64,000 bases of DNA. It comes from an uncultured Candidatus Saccharibacteria bacterium. GTDB lineage: Bacteria; Patescibacteriota; WWE3; 2-01-FULL-39-13. Made by a program: the position numbers and the translations under genes. Below are positions 18,440-27,568 of the stretch, in pieces. The notes beneath the pieces are model-generated. The model worked only from the letters and a program-made list of their open reading frames with translations. It ran no database searches and was not told where the DNA came from. The stretch lies in assembly GCA_964510925.1 (NCBI GenBank), contig CAZEDS010000001.1, positions 27,704 through 91,703 on the forward strand, given 5' to 3'. The first letter of the stretch is position 1. Every line of letters starts with the position of its first letter.

Positions 18440-19682
18440 AATCTTCTATAATCTCAATGTCTCCAAGTTGCTTAATAAAAGCATCCTCATTGGGGATGCT
18501 ACATAAAACCCGATAAGTTAAAGCACCTGAACTCATCTTTAACAACTTACTTATAAAATTTGTTTTTGTTTTAAAATTATTTTGCCCCAAATAGATATCG
18601 GTAAGCTGAATTGCTAGTAAAAAAGAAGAAGTCTCAGAACTATCAATAAAATTACGAATCCTCCAAATCCTTTTTATTCTGGATAGGTCGATCTCTTCCT
18701 GTATAGGATCTGATATTATTTTAAACCTTCGTTGTTTTATAATGAGGAAATTATCTACAATCTTATATAAAGGAGAAATTAGCCCCAAAACAACCCTTGG
18801 CACAGAAGTGCCAACTAAAAAAATAATAGAACTAAGCAACAAAGATCGAGGTAAATAATAATCAACAATTTTTATAAAAATACTGTGAGGGGCCTGGGCA
18901 TAAATTATAAGACCAAGAACCATGATAACGATTGATGTGTATAAAACGGACTTCAAAAGACGAACAAAATCCTTTATTAACCCATATAGCAAAAGCCCTT
19001 TTAATGATGACTTAACTTCAACTCCAGCGGAAAAATTTGGCTGAGGAATCTCACCTGTTAAAAAACTCAAAATAAATTCAGGAGATTCCACTGAATCAAA
19101 AGATATCTTTTGTGCCTTTGATCCCCCCTGCGCAAAAGCAATCGTTTGTGTCTGCAAATCAAGATCGGTTGCTAAAGTAAATCCAAACTGTGGGTTTGTA
19201 TCAATATTTAAGCCAGGTTGAACTAGAGTTTGTTTAATAATAGGTTGAAAACCTAAATGAAAAAAAATTGTTTTGCAATTTGTTCCAAATAATCTCTCCA
19301 ACATGGTTTGCTTCATTACCGTACTCCTAATATTTTCATACGAGAATACGCCTTCATATGGCATAAAAGTACTATTCAAACCACCGAGTTCGGCAAGAAT
19401 AATAATTCTCTTTTGTGAAGTAATGTAATAGGTAGGATATCCTTTCCCAGAAAAAACCAATAAATATTCCCAGAATAAAAAGAAATCAAAAAAAAGAAAA
19501 AATGGAGCAAAAACTAATAAAACAAATGCTTGATTTATAAGTCCTATAATGATGGCAGTTGTTATTGGAATAAGAATAGCAGACGGTATTAGTATTTTTT
19601 TTAAAGCCCAAACAAAAAAATCAGGGCGACCTTGCCAAATAATTGTTTCATTTTGATTTAAATACTCGGTAATAGCTTTCAT
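18390..19682 (-). CDS. hypothetical polytopic membrane protein
   Basis: 430 aa with multiple TM segments. Overlaps the dnaG start by 50 nt. Confidence 0.5.
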   Translation of the reverse strand: MKAITEYLNQNETIIWQGRPDFFVWALKKILIPSAILIPITTAIIIGLINQAFVLLVFAPFFLFFDFFLFWEYLLVFSGKGYPTYYITSQKRIIILAELGGLNSTFMPYEGVFSYENIRSTVMKQTMLERLFGTNCKTIFFHLGFQPIIKQTLVQPGLNIDTNPQFGFTLATDLDLQTQTIAFAQGGSKAQKISFDSVESPEFILSFLTGEIPQPNFSAGVEVKSSLKGLLLYGLIKDFVRLLKSVLYTSIVIMVLGLIIYAQAPHSIFIKIVDYYLPRSLLLSSIIFLVGTSVPRVVLGLISPLYKIVDNFLIIKQRRFKIISDPIQEEIDLSRIKRIWRIRNFIDSSETSSFLLAIQLTDIYLGQNNFKTKTNFISKLLKMSSGALTYRVLCSIPNEDAFIKQLGDIEIIEDFDGNIFEKFIFYSFFI

Positions 19683-19732
19683 ATAAATAGAATGCTACTA
19701 CACAAGATATAAAAGGAGAAACAAAAATTAAA

Positions 19733-19825
19733 TGGCGGAGAGGACAGGATTTGAACCTGCGCGGGGTATTTTAAGACCCCAACGGTTTAGCAAACCGTCG
19801 CTTTAGACCGCTCAGCCACCTCTCC
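19733..19825 (-). tRNA. tRNA-Ser (anticodon GCT)
   Basis: Type II tRNA with a long variable arm, anticodon loop TTGCTAA, and encoded CCA. Confidence 0.9.
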
Positions 19826-19928
19826 AAGGGGCGTTACAATTGCGTTACATGGAATTTTATCATAACTAAGGTTTCAATAACGAGCTTTCATTGAAGGTGA
19901 CAATGCGAATTGGTACTATGGATATATT

Positions 19929-20495
19929 ATGGCTAGATTTTATTTTATAAGACACGGAGATGCCTATGATGAAAATGGACTCCAATTAGATGATTACCAT
20001 CTGAACAATCATGGACGAGTACAAGCATTACAACTCGCTAAAAGGCTAAAAGATAATAAATTTGATGCAATGTATTGCAGTAGAATCCAACGAGCGATCG
20101 ATACCTGCGAAATCGTAAATGATATTCATAAAATGAGCGTTGTTTATACCTCAAGCTTAAACGAAGTTGGCGGAGAAAACTGGCCAATGCCCGGTGTTCA
20201 AGCAGGCGTTGCAGAATTAGACAACTACAATAAAGCAGTAGAAAAAGTTGCAAAGTTTTTTAACAAACTGATTTATTCACATAAACAAAAAGAGGTAATT
20301 GTATTTACCCATGGAAATTGGATTAGAACTTTATTGAGCAAAATCCTCACAAGTGGCGATCCAAATACATTCTTTCATTTTGTTATTCATAACACGTCAT
20401 TAACAATAATAGATGTTGATGATAATACTGATTTTGAAAGCATAATATCAGTTTCTGATGCAGCACATACTAGGTTATATGATTCACATATTTAG
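19929..20495 (+). CDS. histidine phosphatase superfamily protein (phosphoglycerate mutase-like)
   Basis: N-terminal FIRHGDA catalytic RHG motif. 188 aa. Confidence 0.7.
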   Translation: MARFYFIRHGDAYDENGLQLDDYHLNNHGRVQALQLAKRLKDNKFDAMYCSRIQRAIDTCEIVNDIHKMSVVYTSSLNEVGGENWPMPGVQAGVAELDNYNKAVEKVAKFFNKLIYSHKQKEVIVFTHGNWIRTLLSKILTSGDPNTFFHFVIHNTSLTIIDVDDNTDFESIISVSDAAHTRLYDSHI

Positions 20496-20529
20496 ACAAA
20501 TTAGTATCAGGTGTTAAAATTAATTTAAT

Positions 20530-21090
20530 ATGAGTTTACAAGAAGCAAAAGATACATTATTAGGAAATACGGAGAACGAATCTCAAGCTCCAGAAATAAT
20601 TAAACCAACTGAAGTAATTATAGAGTGGGAAGCACCTGAAAGAGTGTTCAAAAAACAACCTAGAGAATTCTTCAGAAGGATCGCTGTTATCATTTCGTTT
20701 TTTGTACTTTTGCTTTTCTTTATTAAAGAGTTCCTTGTTATTGCAGTCTTAGGCGTAGTATTTTTTGTAACCTACGTGTTTTATACAATACCTCCAAAAA
20801 ATGTTAAACACCAAATAACAAATAATGGAATTAATTATGGTGGACTGCATTTTTACAAATGGAAAGAACTATTAAACTTTTATTTTGAGCTTAGAAATGG
20901 TGCTGAAACACTAATATTCGGCACGGTAGACCCACTACCTGGAAGATTATTCCTTTTGCTAGATAAAAAGGTTGATAAAACAAAAATGCAAGAAATAATT
21001 AACAAACATATTTCAATTCTAGAAAATCCAGAACAAAACATGTATGAAGATTGGATGAAAAAAATTAGCTCTAGAATTAAAACTTCTTAA
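20530..21090 (+). CDS. hypothetical membrane protein
   Basis: 186 aa with a central double-TM segment. Confidence 0.5.
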   Translation: MSLQEAKDTLLGNTENESQAPEIIKPTEVIIEWEAPERVFKKQPREFFRRIAVIISFFVLLLFFIKEFLVIAVLGVVFFVTYVFYTIPPKNVKHQITNNGINYGGLHFYKWKELLNFYFELRNGAETLIFGTVDPLPGRLFLLLDKKVDKTKMQEIINKHISILENPEQNMYEDWMKKISSRIKTS

Positions 21091-21098
21091 TAAAAAAA

Positions 21099-21175
21099 TG
21101 GTGCACCCAGTAGGATTTGAACCTACGACCTCAACTTCCGCAAAGTTGCGCTCTATCCAGCTGAGCTATGAGTGC
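21099..21175 (-). tRNA. tRNA-Arg (anticodon GCG)
   Basis: Cloverleaf GCACTCA/TGGGTGC acceptor, anticodon loop TTGCGGA, encoded CCA. The isotype rests on my manual fold. Confidence 0.75.
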
Positions 21176-21284
21176 ACAATAGACGCTATTTTATCTCAAA
21201 TATCATTATATTGAAACGCCTAAGCAATTTCAGCCCACCGTAAAATGCATTATAATGACGATTACAAAGATCTCTATTCTAGCT

Positions 21285-21371
21285 GGAGAGGTGCAGGAGC
21301 GGTTGAACTGGCGGCTCTCGAAAAGCCTGCGTCCAAAAGACACGAGGGTTCGAACCCCTCCCTCTCCGCCA
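21285..21371 (+). tRNA. tRNA-Ser (anticodon CGA)
   Basis: Type II tRNA with anticodon loop CTCGAAA, T-loop GGTTCGAACCC, and encoded CCA. The track ORFs 21255..21470 and 21279..21467 overlap it and are spurious. Confidence 0.9.
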
Positions 21372-21525
21372 TTTTTGTCTTTGAGCCAAAAGCGAAAAGC
21401 TACAAAAATGAGCGTGCCCCCTGAGGGTGCGCCTAGTTTTCCTTTGAGCCAAAAAGCAAAAAGCCACTAAAATGAGAGTGTCCCCTGAGGGTGAGCCTAG
21501 TTTTCCTTTGAGACCAACAACAAAG
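21372..21525. repeat. about 2.4 tandem copies of a roughly 64-bp repeat abutting the tRNA-Ser 3' end
   Basis: Unit CCTTTGAGCCAAAAAGCAAAAAGCCACTAAAATGAGAGTGTCCCCTGAGGGTGAGCCTAGTTTT, repeated with a few substitutions. Each unit contains a short ATG-initiated 21-aa frame (MSVPPEGAPSFPLSQKAKSH). Confidence 0.6.
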
Positions 21526-21526
21526 C

Positions 21527-22006
21527 TTGTACACTATATTCATGAATCAATTCACATTAAACACAGCTTTCTTCTCCCTAGGACTAATTTTTGCAGGTTT
21601 TATAATCGGCCTCGGAGCAGTAACCGTAATCGATATCCATGGATTTTTAGCACAAAAATCTAAATATTGGACAGAATCAACAATTCGAGCACACAAAGTC
21701 ACAAAGCCATTAATTTGGCTAGGAATTTTCCTTTTATCAATCGGAAAAATAATTTTATACCAAACTAAAGGCACATCCTATGTGAATGAATTAGATTTAA
21801 TTCTGATTTCAACATTAATCATCAACGGTTGTTTTTTAAGCTTTAACATAAGCCCAAAACTTTTAGCTCAAGAAAAAGTAGGGAAAATCGCACAGATACT
21901 TCCAACACAAATGCAAAACAAAATTAAAGTCAGCTTTATATTCTCCGTTATCGGATGGTGGGGATTATTTTTACTAACGGTTTTTAGAATCACTCAAAAC
22001 TTTTAA
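21527..22006 (+). CDS. hypothetical membrane protein (4 TM)
   Basis: 159-aa hydrophobic ORF. Confidence 0.5.
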   Translation: MYTIFMNQFTLNTAFFSLGLIFAGFIIGLGAVTVIDIHGFLAQKSKYWTESTIRAHKVTKPLIWLGIFLLSIGKIILYQTKGTSYVNELDLILISTLIINGCFLSFNISPKLLAQEKVGKIAQILPTQMQNKIKVSFIFSVIGWWGLFLLTVFRITQNF

Positions 22007-22866
22007 GATACTAAAGAATTCAGATAGTCGAGCCTATCAAACGTAGGACGTTTATCATAGTCTCTTTCGAGGTCTTCTCTTTTATGTGGATCTAGTAGCA
22101 ATAAAGATGTTTCCATACCTGTACCACTAATAACCAAATTATCTTTGCCAAGCAAATCAATTGGCACTTCGTCCAACAAACCTTCTTGATTAGAACTAAA
22201 ATTCTCTAAAAATTTCTGAATTTGAAATTGCAATGCAGGATTTTCTTCAAATAACGATTGATACTCAGATCGGTTTGTTAGAAAAGCATCCCTTATAGGT
22301 GCGACAAAGGGTCTTGCGGTTGACACACGATTAAACCCTTTATTGTCCGCCCAAATAAAAGGCATCTCAGCGACAACATACTCATTCCCAAAAACTTTTG
22401 CATAATAATTACGCTCTGATAAGAGCCTATCTGCAAATAAATGTGCATCTACAAAATCTGGAAAACGACGACGATCAGTAGCGATTGCTGCAGAATACTG
22501 ATCATTTTCTGCATTCAAAAAATAAACAGTACTTTTAGTACCCGAGCCGATTCTTTTAAAAACCTGCCCATCTATTCCATCGGGAATATTTAAAGGCATC
22601 TTATCTACAAAATCTGTCTGCGAAGCCTTAAGGTATTTGTCGGAAGCATTTCTTGCAAGGATAGTGAAAACCACAGGACCAATAGATCTCAGAAAACCAC
22701 GCCTTTGACGCGAATTATATAAAATCTCCTTAAAAGTTGCTCCCTCAAGCAAATCACCAAGATCAACTGCACGCTCCTTATAGCCTATTATTTTATTAGC
22801 ACCAGGAATACCAGAATCAGGAACTTTCTCTGTAAGATCCAAAATAGACTCAACAGCTCTATGCAT
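22003..22866 (-). CDS. hypothetical protein with a Gly-rich loop (IGSGTKSTVY); possible kinase-like fold
   Basis: 287-aa ORF downstream of the adenylate-kinase-like gene on the same strand. Local GC is somewhat above the window average. Confidence 0.45.
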   Translation of the reverse strand: MHRAVESILDLTEKVPDSGIPGANKIIGYKERAVDLGDLLEGATFKEILYNSRQRRGFLRSIGPVVFTILARNASDKYLKASQTDFVDKMPLNIPDGIDGQVFKRIGSGTKSTVYFLNAENDQYSAAIATDRRRFPDFVDAHLFADRLLSERNYYAKVFGNEYVVAEMPFIWADNKGFNRVSTARPFVAPIRDAFLTNRSEYQSLFEENPALQFQIQKFLENFSSNQEGLLDEVPIDLLGKDNLVISGTGMETSLLLLDPHKREDLERDYDKRPTFDRLDYLNSLVS

Positions 22867-22905
22867 AGATAAAGGTTACCATTTTATTTAAAACAGAATT
22901 TCGAT

Positions 22906-23982
22906 TTAGCCCAAAATCTCTGCCATCTGTTTTAGCATTCCGATTACAACCGGATGTGGCAATAAGCTATAAGAATCAATACCATTATCATCTTTTATAG
23001 TCCATTTTGATTCATGTGTTATAACTTTTTGATTAGCTTCGTCCCATTCATAGCTGTATCCTGGTGTAATTTCGTAGTCATCAAAATTATCATTTGCAAC
23101 AGCAGCTGGAATATTATTTCTTAACAAAATTTTTGGAACACCATGAATATTAAAAATCATTTTCATGATATCTTCATCTTTAGCTAAACGATCACGAATA
23201 GGTTCGATACCTAATGAATCACCTTCTTTTGGAACCATTCTCTCTGTTCCGCAACCTGTGCATTCTGAATTATCACAAATCAAATAAAATTCTTCTTTTT
23301 CCTTATCGTATCCAACATTCTTCGTTGTTAAACATTTTGTATTTCTTGGAGTTTTACAAATTGGACAAATAACACGATATTTTATACGCTCCTCAATGAT
23401 TGATTCTGCTACGTCCAATAAAATAAACATATCTGGATCTTCTCGATAATTTATTAAGTCTCTAAAATACAATGAATATGAAATTTGATCCATTTCACGT
23501 GGCAAGCCATCAATAAATAAAGTCTTACCTTCATGTTTCGCAATATTATATTTTAATAAGGCTAAAATAAATTCTGTTGGAAGCAATCCTGACTGTGATC
23601 TACCATGCAATCTTTCTACAGCTTCATCAAAAGAAATAAAACCTCTGTAGTGTTTTTTTAGATCTTTAAATTCTTCGCTTTTTTCAAATTCAGACCAATT
23701 CGCATGAATATCTCGTACACAATCCCCTACTGAAACATGTGCAATTTTATCCATGCCAAAAATCTCACCAAAAATTTTAGAATAAGTTCCTTTGCCTGCA
23801 TTCTTTTTACCAACCATATTTGCAATAAAAGTATGGTCTTTCATGTAATCACGAATCTTTGCGATTTCATTTCCAGCTTTAGCTAAAAAATATTCTTTAC
23901 GTTGATCCGCTTGAGATAAGTCAAACTTTTTAGTTAAACCTTCTACTTTGGTTGAGATAATTGGGAATTCTAAATTTTTCAT
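22906..23982 (-). CDS. adk: adenylate kinase family protein with N- and C-terminal extensions and a 4-Cys zinc lid
   Basis: P-loop GKKNAGKGT, VSVGDCVR (AK: ISTGDMLR), LFIDGLPR (AK: LIDGFPR), and lid CPICK...CDNSECTGCG. At 358 aa it is well above the usual 215 aa. Confidence 0.6.
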   Translation of the reverse strand: MKNLEFPIISTKVEGLTKKFDLSQADQRKEYFLAKAGNEIAKIRDYMKDHTFIANMVGKKNAGKGTYSKIFGEIFGMDKIAHVSVGDCVRDIHANWSEFEKSEEFKDLKKHYRGFISFDEAVERLHGRSQSGLLPTEFILALLKYNIAKHEGKTLFIDGLPREMDQISYSLYFRDLINYREDPDMFILLDVAESIIEERIKYRVICPICKTPRNTKCLTTKNVGYDKEKEEFYLICDNSECTGCGTERMVPKEGDSLGIEPIRDRLAKDEDIMKMIFNIHGVPKILLRNNIPAAVANDNFDDYEITPGYSYEWDEANQKVITHESKWTIKDDNGIDSYSLLPHPVVIGMLKQMAEILG

Positions 23983-24028
23983 ATTGCGTGTATTATAGCC
24001 TTTTTGTAAATTCTTAGAAAGACAGATC

Positions 24029-25042
24029 TCAAAGATTTATTCCCATCGCATCTTTTACTTGAGACATTGTCTTGTCTGCTTCTGTTAAAGCGATACTAGT
24101 ACCTGCGGCTAAGATTTCTCTTAATTTATTTTTGTCATCGTATTTTGCACGGCGCTCACGAATTGGTTCTAAAAATTTATCTAAAGCTAAAAATAATTTT
24201 TGCTTAACCTCAACATCGCCAACTTTTCCTTGTGCATAACGAGTTTTAAGATCTAAAACTTCATCAACATTTGGATTAAAAATATCGTGATACAGAAAAA
24301 CTGGATTTCCTTCGACTTTTCCAGGATCAGTTGCACGAACACGACTTGGATCTGTATACATGCTCATAATCTTAGTTTTTAAATCCTCAGAAGTTTCTTT
24401 CAAAAAAATACAGTTACCAAGAGATTTGCTCATTTTTGCATTGTTATCCAAACCTACTAAACGCCCAGTTTTACCAACCAAAGCCTCTGGCTCAGGAAAA
24501 ATTTCACCATAAATAGAATTAAATTTGCGTACAATTTCTCGAGTTTGTTCGATATGTGGAACTTGATCTTCACCGACTGGAACCAAATTAGCTTTTACAA
24601 TCGTAATATCAGCAGCCTGCGAAACAGGATACATAAAAAATCCTAGTGGCATAGATTCATCAAATTGCTTTTTTGATTTAGATTCATCCTTAACAGTAGG
24701 GTTTCTTTCTAACCTCGCCATCGTCACAAGATTCGCATAAAAAATAGTAAGCTCTGCAATTTGTGGAATAGCCGACTGCAAAAAGAATGTAACTTTTTCA
24801 GGATCCAAACCGACCGCAATGTTATCCAACAAAACTTCTAAAGTATTTTCGCTAACTTTTTTTGGATTATCAAAGTTATCAGTCAATGCTTGTACATTAG
24901 CAACCATCACAAAAGTTTCGTATTCATCCTGTAACCTAACACGATTCTGCAAAGAACCTACAAAATGTCCTAAATGTAATGAACCCGTTGGTCGATCTCC
25001 GGTTAAAATACGCTTTTTCATAATAAATGGATTATAAGCCAT
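24029..25042 (-). CDS. trpS: tryptophanyl-tRNA synthetase
   Basis: Class I HIGH motif (PTGSLHLGH) and KMSKS (AKMSKSLGN). 337 aa, typical of TrpRS. Confidence 0.85.
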   Translation of the reverse strand: MAYNPFIMKKRILTGDRPTGSLHLGHFVGSLQNRVRLQDEYETFVMVANVQALTDNFDNPKKVSENTLEVLLDNIAVGLDPEKVTFFLQSAIPQIAELTIFYANLVTMARLERNPTVKDESKSKKQFDESMPLGFFMYPVSQAADITIVKANLVPVGEDQVPHIEQTREIVRKFNSIYGEIFPEPEALVGKTGRLVGLDNNAKMSKSLGNCIFLKETSEDLKTKIMSMYTDPSRVRATDPGKVEGNPVFLYHDIFNPNVDEVLDLKTRYAQGKVGDVEVKQKLFLALDKFLEPIRERRAKYDDKNKLREILAAGTSIALTEADKTMSQVKDAMGINL

Positions 25043-25063
25043 ATCAATTAAAATTTATAATTT

Positions 25064-25972
25064 ATGGAAAATATCTGTACAATAATATTATTGAACAACA
25101 AAAAAGTACTAACAATCTATCCAAATCAATGGCAGAAATATAACGAAGTTAACTCGTTTATCCCGGAATTAACACCACAATTATCCACAAGAGAACAATG
25201 CTTGAGTGATCCAAATTCAGTAATCGAAGCCAGAAATAAATGGACAACAGAATATTTCGACTATTTAAAAACACTAAAAGGATATACCCCAAATAAACCT
25301 TGTAATGTAATAAAAGCCGAAAAAGATCAAGATAATACCTTAAAATTATTTGATCCATACGGAGGTGATTTACTACAAGACGTATTACCAACAGTTCAAA
25401 TAATTGAAACCCAAAAACAAACACAAAATAAAATTGCGCATTTATTTGAAAACAAAATAGAAGTAAACCGATTAGCACTTGAAGTGCCTTTCAATGGAAT
25501 TATTGGATTAGGGCATGAATTTGGCCATTTTCTTGATCCTCAAGGTTTAGTAATGCAAGCAGAAAGGGAAATGAATGGAGAAAAATTCAAACAAATGGAA
25601 CCTGGTTTAGATCGAATATTTTTTACAAACGATTATCTTCTCAAGCCAAAATTAGTCGGAGAAGCTCGAGCTTGGCATTACGCCAATCCGCTTTTCGATT
25701 TTTGGTCCCTACCTGAAAGTACTACAGAATATATTCGAAATCAGGATTTAGGTGGCTACTTTAATTATTGGCAACCAGCAGCAATAACAGCCGAAGTCTA
25801 TGCAGCACAAAAATCAGGTATTGAGGTAGATCTTTCAACTGGGCTATCGATTCTAGATAGTCAATTAAATCAACAAACATTACCACTAGGGACAATCGTG
25901 GATTCATTTACAAATACTTATACAAAAATGGGGATGACAAATATTGCAGAAGCATTAGATGCTTTTGTATAG
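25064..25972 (+). CDS. hypothetical protein
   Basis: 302-aa ORF. No domain recognised. Confidence 0.5.
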   Translation: MENICTIILLNNKKVLTIYPNQWQKYNEVNSFIPELTPQLSTREQCLSDPNSVIEARNKWTTEYFDYLKTLKGYTPNKPCNVIKAEKDQDNTLKLFDPYGGDLLQDVLPTVQIIETQKQTQNKIAHLFENKIEVNRLALEVPFNGIIGLGHEFGHFLDPQGLVMQAEREMNGEKFKQMEPGLDRIFFTNDYLLKPKLVGEARAWHYANPLFDFWSLPESTTEYIRNQDLGGYFNYWQPAAITAEVYAAQKSGIEVDLSTGLSILDSQLNQQTLPLGTIVDSFTNTYTKMGMTNIAEALDAFV

Positions 25973-25984
25973 AAAAAACTGTGC

Positions 25985-26614
25985 TCAACTTCCACTAAAA
26001 GCCTGAGCGATTGCAACTGCAGGGTCATCATTATCATTCACAATATATTTTAAGTTAAAGGCGTCATGAATATCACCTCTTGCACCAGCCAAACAAAATA
26101 TTCTTTTTTCAGGCGGTAACTGATCAGAACCTAAAAACCCAGCATATCCAGAAAAATAATTATTCTTAGCACAAAGGCTAATAAGTTCCAATGAATCATT
26201 AGGCTTTAAATGATAATCATTAAAATAATACCCAGGAAATAAACAAATACTTTCATCTTGCTCGGGATTAAAAAAAAATGTATGACCGCCACCACGAGAT
26301 TCTCTAGAATTAAAAATATAACCAGAAACGACATCAAAACCAAGCAATCCGCTAAATGCTACGTGATCATTTTCTAAGATATTCAAAACAGATGTTAGTC
26401 GCATTTCAGAAAGATGCCGAACCGCAGCTGAATATGGATTAAATGAAGATTTAGCCATATTAATGTGTAGATATTCTCGATAATAATTAGCAGCTAGTTC
26501 AGATGCAGAGCAAACAATAAGCTCATTCATTGCAGACAAAGTATTTAACCCTTCTCTCAAAGTCGGGCTTTGGACCTCATTAAAATGGCATATGCCAGAT
26601 TGTTCGTTTTGCAT
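25985..26614 (-). CDS. hypothetical protein
   Basis: 209-aa ORF, convergent with the previous gene. Confidence 0.5.
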   Translation of the reverse strand: MQNEQSGICHFNEVQSPTLREGLNTLSAMNELIVCSASELAANYYREYLHINMAKSSFNPYSAAVRHLSEMRLTSVLNILENDHVAFSGLLGFDVVSGYIFNSRESRGGGHTFFFNPEQDESICLFPGYYFNDYHLKPNDSLELISLCAKNNYFSGYAGFLGSDQLPPEKRIFCLAGARGDIHDAFNLKYIVNDNDDPAVAIAQAFSGS

Positions 26615-26642
26615 TTATAAAGAAGGAGGAAAAAATACAACT

Positions 26643-26719
26643 TGGTAGCGGCGGGTGGGTTCGAACCACCGACCTCAGCGTTATGAGTGCTGTGCTCTAA
26701 CCAACTGAGCTACGCCGCC
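26643..26719 (-). tRNA. tRNA-Met (anticodon CAT), elongator type
   Basis: Canonical D-loop (AGCTCAGTTGGTTAGAGC), T-loop GGTTCGAACCC, anticodon loop CTCATAA, encoded CCA. Confidence 0.85.
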
Positions 26720-26812
26720 AAAATCTTCACAATTTTAGCATCCCAAAGCATTTGCACAAAGCAATACGTGCCAAGCATAGAAAACTTTATAGCTTCAGAT
26801 ATAATTCGATAT

Positions 26813-27226
26813 ATGCCCATAAGAGATTTGATTGAAAATTTAAAAGATCTTCCAAAACCTTCAATCACTCAGCTAATAATTACGGTTATACTGTTATATC
26901 TACTCTCAAACAACGTACAATCCCTCTTAAATTACCGAAACGGCCTAAAAAGACTTGAAGACAAAACAAATGCTATTAACCAATTAGAGTCAAAAAACTC
27001 AGAAATCAAAGGACAAATAGCAAACACCGAAACAAGCGAATTCCTATACAAAGCTGCAGTAGATCAACTAAATTTATCAAAGCCAGGAGAAAAAATACTA
27101 ATTCTTGAAAATCCAAATAACCAAGATTCTGAATTCAAAACCAACCAAGACAACTCACAAGACAAAGAAAACAACCCTAACCAAACCAATAATTTTCAAA
27201 AATGGATAAAAAGCTTCAATCTCTAA
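26813..27226 (+). CDS. FtsB/DivIC-like septum-formation initiator (TM plus coiled coil)
   Basis: The track ORF begins inside the tRNA-Met, so the internal Met at 26813 is chosen. Single TM (LIITVILLYLLS), a leucine-heptad coiled coil, and a Gln/Asn-rich tail. Confidence 0.45.
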   Translation: MPIRDLIENLKDLPKPSITQLIITVILLYLLSNNVQSLLNYRNGLKRLEDKTNAINQLESKNSEIKGQIANTETSEFLYKAAVDQLNLSKPGEKILILENPNNQDSEFKTNQDNSQDKENNPNQTNNFQKWIKSFNL

Positions 27227-27302
27227 AAAGCCTCTAGATTAAAGCTTTATCAATAATTGTCCGTGCAAAATATGTCAAAATAGGCTAGAATAGCCTAGAT
27301 GC

Positions 27303-27377
27303 CGCGGGGTGGTGAAGTAGTTATCATGTGAGGCTCATAATCTCAAGACCTAGGTGCAAATCCTGGCCCCGCAACCA
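27303..27377 (+). tRNA. atypical tRNA with anticodon CAT (possible initiator or Ile2-type)
   Basis: C1xA72 mismatch at the top of the acceptor stem, D-loop AGTAGTTA lacking G18G19, T-loop TGCAAAT instead of TTCRAAT, anticodon loop CTCATAA, encoded CCA. Confidence 0.55.
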
Positions 27378-27394
27378 AAAGAATTGTCCTTCAG

Positions 27395-27415
27395 ATCTTT
27401 GGCAAAGCCAAAGAT
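27395..27415. repeat. perfect 9-bp inverted repeat (ATCTTTGGC aaa GCCAAAGAT) between the tRNA(CAT) and the recombinase gene
   Basis: Palindrome 18 nt after the tRNA 3' end with no following T-run. Candidate recombinase or regulatory binding site. Confidence 0.3.
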
Positions 27416-27568
27416 ATCCAGCCCATTGACACATACTCTAGGCATGAATAAACTCACCTTATAGCCAAGCAAAGAAGTTATAAAAACTTTGATGCAAAAC
27501 TTAGAATTAGACAGTGTATAATTTCGTCCTAGCCTTTTTTCTTGCCAAAAGAATGCTGAAAAAAATTT

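Noticed and set aside
21255-21470. Track ORFs 21255..21470 (+) and 21279..21467 (-) of 62-71 aa
   Set aside because: They are laid directly over tRNA-Ser(CGA) and the tandem 64-bp repeats. The reading frames are created by the repeat and are not supported as protein genes.
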